Below are positions 58,286-64,000 of a DNA stretch of 64,000 bases, one piece after another. This DNA is from Macrostomum lignano (lineage: Eukaryota): contig NIVC01002640.1 in NCBI GenBank assembly GCA_002269645.1, positions 89,761-153,760 of the forward strand, given 5' to 3'. The position numbers and the translations under genes are program-made. Under the pieces are notes generated by a model that worked only from the letters and a program-made list of their open reading frames with translations, searched no databases and had not been told where the DNA came from. How positions within the stretch are numbered: position 1 is the first letter of the stretch; each line of letters opens with the position of its first letter.

Positions 58286-59055
58286 CTATTGTTTTGAAAA
58301 AAGATCTGTTTTCTTTTGATTTGATTTGATTTTGATGAAATTCGATAATTTCATTATAGACATGACCGGACGAGCAGTAGATTCTGCTTCATCAATAGCA
58401 ATATCACGAAGATTGAGTGTTCTCTCCAGACGATCAAGCCTCCTTATTATTTTACCCCAAGCGCTATACATTCCGTTTAGATAGCTACTGTGTGATACAT
58501 CCTTTCTCTTTAATGCTTCAAGTCTTTCTTTGATTCGATCATGCAACGCTGTTGACTGAGTCATGAACTCTTCTAAATTCCTCACTTTACCTGTGTTGGT
58601 TGCGACGTTTTCTTTAATTCTATCATGCAACGCTGTTGACTGGTTCATGAACTCTTCTAAATTATTCACTTTAGCTGTGTTTGTGAAAACTCCTCCTTCA
58701 AGAATACGCATCCGTCTATCAGTGGAATTTCCCAGAAGATTAACTGTCGATCTTAAGCTGTTGATTTGCGAGACTGCCGAAGTTATTTCTGACCTAAGTT
58801 CATTAGTTGCGTTTAACAACGGCACATAAAGCTTATCACTTTCAAACTTCTGCCTAGCTACTTTAAGCCTGAGATCTTCCATGTTTATTTGCAACTGGTG
58901 CATGGAGCGCTCCAGGGCTTTCAGTCTGTTTTTATTCAGTTTGATCTCTGGGATCTTTTCGTCGCTGTTGATATATCGCCTGTCAAGTATGGATATTTGA
59001 GCTGATGTAAGAGCGCTGTTGCAGAAATGGATTCACCTGCAAAATTAATAGACAT
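58286..59055 (-). CDS. Coiled-coil (fiber/spike-like) protein with a 28-aa internal duplication; probable frameshift near the 5' end
   Basis: Track ORF 58286-58903 extends in frame to about 59020; the upstream ATG at 59055 (MSINFAGES) is in another frame. Repeat NT[A/G]KV[N/R]NLEEFM[N/T]QSTALHDRIKE occurs twice. Confidence 0.55.
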
Positions 59056-59071
59056 CTTTTATTAGCAAATT

Positions 59072-59872
59072 TTAAATTACAGTTCTTTTTTCCTTGTTGA
59101 TCATGACAAACTGATAGGGTTGGTTCCACTTGTCATAGCAAAGATTAACGAATTCCTCTTGTGAAATCTTTCTGCTTGAGTTTTTTGTTGGATTTATAAA
59201 ATAGGCAGGCGCAATGACCTCATTGTAAAATCTTTTTAGCCTATCCTGTGGAATGGTTGGAAACAGGAGAATCAGATTGCAGTTCCCACGAATTGTTTTG
59301 TTCGGGAGCTCGAACCAGTTCTGTGCAATGTAAATTACATTACAATTGTTATGTCGCCCTCTTGTAAAATAGTTTTCTATCTGCTTCTGTGGGCCTGTCA
59401 TACAATCATCAAAGACGATCAAATGCTTTCTCCCTTTTTCTAGCTCATCTGGTTGGGGTAGAAGTTTGGTCTTTGGATCAGCCTGCGGATCTCCATAGGT
59501 GAACACTTTAATGTTCTGCCATTTTTCATTGTCTTTGAGGTGCTTTGCATATTCAGCAGCTACAATTTCAGGGTTACTGGGAAGGCTCATTTGGTTATTA
59601 AAACATTGAATAATGTCCTCTTTGTTCAGTTTGTTTTGCAATCCAGAAATCAGCATTTTATACTCATCTTGATACAGTGTGGGAGAGTAGATGTGCAGAG
59701 TGTCATAGTCGATAAAGCCAGGTCTAAGAAGCATGTTAAAGACTCTGAATGTTTTACCTGAACCTGATGAACCAACAACAATGCATCTGAAGTGACTCGG
59801 GATTGACTCGTGATGAGAAAACTTAATCTGATTACGCGTCCAGTGAGGATTGAAGTCGTTTGAAAAGTCCAT
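59072..59872 (-). CDS. A32/FtsK-like genome-packaging ATPase (intact)
   Basis: Walker A GSSGSGKT, Walker B LIVFDD, then RGRH and IYIAQ...IRGN; ATG at 59872. Confidence 0.93.
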   Translation of the reverse strand: MDFSNDFNPHWTRNQIKFSHHESIPSHFRCIVVGSSGSGKTFRVFNMLLRPGFIDYDTLHIYSPTLYQDEYKMLISGLQNKLNKEDIIQCFNNQMSLPSNPEIVAAEYAKHLKDNEKWQNIKVFTYGDPQADPKTKLLPQPDELEKGRKHLIVFDDCMTGPQKQIENYFTRGRHNNCNVIYIAQNWFELPNKTIRGNCNLILLFPTIPQDRLKRFYNEVIAPAYFINPTKNSSRKISQEEFVNLCYDKWNQPYQFVMINKEKRTVI

Positions 59873-59914
59873 TTTTTCTATGATTGAAAAAAAAATTAAA
59901 TAATAAATCATTTA

Positions 59915-60020
59915 GAAGATGTGTCATTTCGGGACTTGAATGTGTCGTTTTGGGACTTAGATGTGTCATTTTGGGACTTAGATGTGTCATTTTGGACTTA
60001 GATGTGTCATTTCAGGACTA
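59915..60020. repeat. About 21-bp direct repeats (AGATGTGTCATTTTGGGACTT) in the Polinton intergenic region
   Basis: About 5 copies between the ATPase start and the upstream gene stop. Confidence 0.85.
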
Positions 60021-60031
60021 GTCTTATACTC

Positions 60032-60439
60032 TTACATGTCTTGTACCCTTGAAAAGTACCCTTTAGTCAAATTTGAAACCGCTTCCTTTTTAATGCTAGC
60101 TCTCATCTTCTCATAGACTGCAGGGTCCACATTGTCTGGATTTGGGGCCAGCGGAGCCAGCGGTTGAATCTCTTGTTTAGGTGTTACAGTATCCTTTATC
60201 TTTTTGGCTGCTGTGGCTACACTGCCAGCCGCTTCGGCAACGTTCTTGATGTTCTCTTTGTTCTCTCCAATGACCTTAAAAATCTTGGCCCCCTGAGCGA
60301 TCAAATCGGCAAGACCGTTCCCTGAGCGTTCTTTTCTTGGATAGTGGCCTGCAGGGAAAAGTCCAGATCCGCGTTTAATGAGATTAAGTTCCTCTTTGTC
60401 ATAGTATTTGTCAATGTCTTTTTCGAAAATAAGTGGCAT
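60032..60439 (-). CDS. Small putative virion core protein with xGxG-hydrophobic protease sites
   Basis: ATG at 60439 (MPLIFEK); RGSG-LF and SGNG-LADL followed by an amphipathic helix. Confidence 0.55.
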   Translation of the reverse strand: MPLIFEKDIDKYYDKEELNLIKRGSGLFPAGHYPRKERSGNGLADLIAQGAKIFKVIGENKENIKNVAEAAGSVATAAKKIKDTVTPKQEIQPLAPLAPNPDNVDPAVYEKMRASIKKEAVSNLTKGYFSRVQDM

Positions 60440-60619
60440 TTTTACTTGAAATAAATTATTTTTTGTTGAACCGCGAAAGCAGAAGCTCTCTCGCCCTCTT
60501 ATCGATGTATTTTCTCTCAAGCATTTTATTGAGGATGTGAACGAACTCTTTTCTATTCTCATCTTTCATTCCGGTCTTTGCTGCTCCTAGAAGAACCGCT
60601 ACTCGCTTGTAGATTTCAG

Positions 60620-61666
60620 CTATTCCTTTTCCAGTTGAAGGCGGTTGGTCTTGAGGTTGTGGAGTTGGTTGGGCTTGTGCTGCTGGGGAGGTGATGCAAA
60701 AGACTGCTCACTTTCAGAGATGGAACTGTCATGTGGCGCCTGTCTTTGTTGAGGTGTGAAAACTCTTTGCTTGATTCTGTTCATTCGATCTGGAGAGTGT
60801 TGTTCTAAGAGTTGCCAGGCATCTGGGTGATCATTTTTATATTCAGCTACTTTCAAAGGGTCTAACTGCTCGAGTTGACTAAGTACTTGTTCTTCTGTGG
60901 AATGTTGCTGCTGTTGTGGCGGTTGCTGTTGTTGTTCTAGATATTTCATCTGATCAATGACTTCCCCCTGATCTGGCAAACCAAACCATTGTTTAAAGTG
61001 CTTGTACTTTTTGAAATTAGTCAGGTTGACACCGCCATCGTACATGTGTTTCAGAACTTCTGGGACCTTTAGTATTTCTATATCTCTAGCAAGAGAAAAA
61101 ATCACTAGATCTCTGTAGTTCTTTAGCTGTTTGTCCGAGATTCTCTCTTGGTTCTTGGTCATAAAATTCAGTAAGGTTTCTGTGAAAGGAATGCTCTTAG
61201 TTTCCGAGCCTTTGACAACAGAAATATGTTTCTTATTTATGTCGATATAATATTCCACTGGTTCATTATAAATATTTTTTCTCCACATACTTATTCCAAA
61301 TACATATTTCCCATCATGTTCTACACGCTCTACTGGTCCAAAAATGTTATCTGTCACTTTTAGTTGCTGTTGTTGTGGTTGTGGTTGTTGTGGTTGTGAT
61401 TGTTGTAGTTGCGGCTGTATCTGTGGTGCTTCTGGAATTTTGCCCAAAGCCTTTTGCACCTGGGTTTCCTGTATGTCGTCGATAGTTTCTTTGACCTGAT
61501 CAATATTTTTCTTAGCTTCTCCATACCCGGGTTTATGAAACTCTGTAGCTGCTTGGACAAACTCATTGTAGGATTGTTGCTCCTTATTTATTAGCCCGGT
61601 AACTCGTTTCTCTGCTTGTGCTAGCTTCTCCAATTCAGATATCTGCTGTGTACTTTTTCGCTTCAT
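60620..61666 (-). CDS. Gln-rich Polinton protein of unknown function (348 aa)
   Basis: Long uninterrupted ORF with an A-rich start context like neighbouring viral genes; no recognised motif. Confidence 0.65.
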   Translation of the reverse strand: MKRKSTQQISELEKLAQAEKRVTGLINKEQQSYNEFVQAATEFHKPGYGEAKKNIDQVKETIDDIQETQVQKALGKIPEAPQIQPQLQQSQPQQPQPQQQQLKVTDNIFGPVERVEHDGKYVFGISMWRKNIYNEPVEYYIDINKKHISVVKGSETKSIPFTETLLNFMTKNQERISDKQLKNYRDLVIFSLARDIEILKVPEVLKHMYDGGVNLTNFKKYKHFKQWFGLPDQGEVIDQMKYLEQQQQPPQQQQHSTEEQVLSQLEQLDPLKVAEYKNDHPDAWQLLEQHSPDRMNRIKQRVFTPQQRQAPHDSSISESEQSFASPPQQHKPNQLHNLKTNRLQLEKE

Positions 61667-61697
61667 TTCTTATTTTATTTTATTTTTAGTTAAAAAA

Positions 61698-62981
61698 ATG
61701 AACGACCCACTGACACCAGTTTTCTACAAAATTAACAAGCCTATTTTGAGTGATGATAGCACAATCAAAGCGACTCAGGTAAGAGTTCCCAGTCAGGAAA
61801 ATCAGAATGAAACTAATCTTGGTCCTGGCCAAACACTGACATTTACATACAATGGATGTTCGTCTTTGGTAGTGTGCACAGTCTAAGGAGCGGCTTCTAT
61901 ATGACGTATCAATTCAAAACTAAAGGAGGCGCAGACGCCGCTCATGCTAATGATGATCTACACAATGCGGATGTCGCACTAACCAGTAATTTCTGGGCTT
62001 ATATGTTCAAAGAGTTTAATGTGTCCAATGGAAGTACAGAGTTGGAAAGAATAGCAAACTTTGGTGTGGTCTATGATACCCAGTGCTTGATTGAGAACCC
62101 GGATTTTATTCAGATGGGGAGCGGTGCTGGATTCATCCCCAATGAACAGACAGGAGATGAGAATGACCCTGGTTACAAAAGAGAAAGGAGAGATACAACT
62201 ATGCTCTTGTTGGTGAGAACGATGCTGCTAAGAATCGCTGTTTAGGTCTGTAGATATTTTTGTACCTTTGAGGTTTATGAGTGGTTTCTGTAATAGTTTC
62301 AATCGGTTGACAAGCAACTTTAGCTACACATTTAGACTGACTAGAGATGATCGGAACAGAGGAATTTGGTCGGGGGCCAATCATACATCGATGGAGATTA
62401 AGCTAACTAGCGTGGAGCTGTACTTAGAAATTATTGAGCCCAAGACTGCACTCAAAGCTGAATACTTGAAGGCGATTGAGAAAGACATTGATGTTGCTTA
62501 TACAGCTTATATGTGCAGAGATGAGTGGAATGACGCAAGACACAATATTTGCATTAAAGAAGGCTCCTGTAGCAATCCAAGGTACATTATTGTCACTATG
62601 AGGAATACAACTAATGTAGGTAGATATCTACATGGAAACATTCGATCGATTCAACATGAGATCAGTGACAATTTATACCCTGCATTGCCACAAAATGGGA
62701 ATTTCTCGGAGAACAAGATTAGTAAGTTTTACAATGAACTGTCGGACTTGGCTGTCAAAGAGAATAACGGTATTGTTTTGACAACATTGCAGTATAAAAA
62801 ACTATATCCAATATTTGGTGTTGATGTGACTGCTAGACAAATGCCTACAGACAATAGCCCTGTTAACATTGTGACTAATATCGAGCGGAAAGAATTTGGT
62901 GCCGCAACGGCTGTTGATCTGTTTATTATCTATGCATTTGAGAGGAAGATCAAGGTCAATATGATCAAACAACTCGTCTAG
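61698..62981 (+). pseudogene. Major capsid protein (double jelly-roll type), frameshifted
   Basis: About 420 codons across three track ORFs with beta-rich Maverick MCP-like motifs (DDST...Q, SGFY, SNFWAYMFKEF, DIFVPLRFMSGFC, PRYIIV, YP, LYPIFGVD); position beside the ATPase and minor capsid gene fits. Confidence 0.8.
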
Positions 62982-63013
62982 TAAAGTTTGAATAATTTTT
63001 TTTCAATAAAAAA

Positions 63014-63925
63014 ATGGAAGCCATAGCCGAAAGACTAAACAACATTGTTTCACACTCTAAGGAGAGCATTCCAATCACTGTAGAGGTCGCATTACTGAGT
63101 CAAACGGAATCTTCATTCAAAATTGGAGCAACCACTTCGTTTGGATCCCGAGGCGATTACCACGTCTATCTCAATGATTTCACTGGGTGGTCAAATGTTC
63201 CCAATGTGACAGCGGAAAATAACAAGTTTTATTACAAATGGAAGCGTACTACAACAGAGGTTGTGATATTTCCTGTCAGCACACAGAGCGTGGATACTTA
63301 TAATTACTTCTTGGAGAACGTCTTCACTAAACGAAAGCATTTTTGAGATACCGGATGAAAGCAAACCAGAAAATAAACTGTTCCCTGTTAGATTAACTTA
63401 TGATCTAACTGTCATGAGAGTTGTCTTGCAAGTTCATAAGGACGCAGAGGTAGAGTTTAAAGATGGCACTTGGTATCGCGAGTTGGGATTTGAAAAGAGA
63501 GTTTATGGTGGCGCCACAGACCAAAGCCCGCTGCAGGCGCCTGGCACTGTTGCTGTGTGTCCCGGCTAATATCCGGTATGTACTTGGCGCCAAATATCGC
63601 TGACATTGTCAAAGGTTTGAATATATTAATTCGCAGCAATCTGAGCCATGATTGGATATTCAAAAGGCAAACGAACCAACATACTTTTAACATTTCAAAC
63701 TCTGTTGCTGGTGGCAAAATGCTTGTTCAAAAGCCAAACCCCGTGAAAAGAGTGATTCTGAGTAATAGAGAGATACATGAAATCATTCTGCAGTTTGAAA
63801 CAGAGGATGGCGTTGGTGTCGATTTTAACGGGGAAGAGTTTGTGCTAACAATTATTATGAGAGAATGTGAGTCGTCTTTCAGACTTGTAAAATTACGATA
63901 TAAGCCGCCAGGTACAACCGTGTAG
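63014..63925 (+). pseudogene. Minor capsid protein (penton, single jelly-roll), frameshifted
   Basis: VYLNDFTGWSNVPNVTAENNKFYY...ELGF...ADI....NILIRSNL...P.P...I.EI.LQFETEDG..VDFNGEEF.LTI, a typical Maverick minor capsid pattern. Confidence 0.8.
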
Positions 63926-64000
63926 TTGGCTACTACAACTGCCTTATAACTTCAGCAAAGTTATAATAGCTGTCAAAATTGTTAATGACTACTCCGTGTT

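Larger units (their letters stand above)
49477..64000. mobile_element. Polinton/Maverick (adintovirus-like) endogenous dsDNA virus, continuing past the window end
   Basis: Co-located integrase, protein-primed PolB, adenain-like protease, A32-type ATPase, and major and minor capsid genes; compact, intronless, AT-rich. The left terminus is approximate. Confidence 0.95.

Overview
Eukaryotic (animal) genomic DNA. The GC-rich coding exons, minisatellite-filled introns, TTAGGG-type repeats and a lophotrochozoan Lox4/Lox2-type Hox gene suggest a lophotrochozoan, possibly a Macrostomum-like flatworm; the host is inferred, not proven. Left 27 kb, host genes: (1) a 4-exon OATP/SLCO transporter on the minus strand, join(11263..10079, 8508..8279, 5531..5408, 4010..3399), 716 aa; (2) a mucin-like type I membrane protein (-); (3) an intronless CBM20 + GDPD (GPCPD1-like) ORF whose catalytic motifs appear lost; (4) a 2-exon central Hox gene, join(26231..25568, 21318..20951), 343 aa, with no other Hox gene in the window. 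An internally deleted piggyBac, hAT MITEs and a SINE are interspersed. Middle (27-46 kb): tandem repeats plus a 14.2-kb block (30635-44871) of head-to-tail and nested non-autonomous Helitrons, inserted at one A|T site of a 30-bp minisatellite; removing the block restores the repeat unit exactly. Right (48-64 kb): Gypsy fragments, then a Polinton/Maverick (adintovirus-like) endogenous virus that runs off the window. It encodes a RING protein, parvovirus-type PLA2, retroviral-like integrase, a pX-like core protein, protein-primed PolB, an adenain-like protease, a membrane protein with PTAP/LYPxI motifs, a coiled-coil protein, a packaging ATPase, and major and minor capsid proteins; many of these genes are split by small frameshifts. 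All calls come from reading motifs by eye; no database searches were run.
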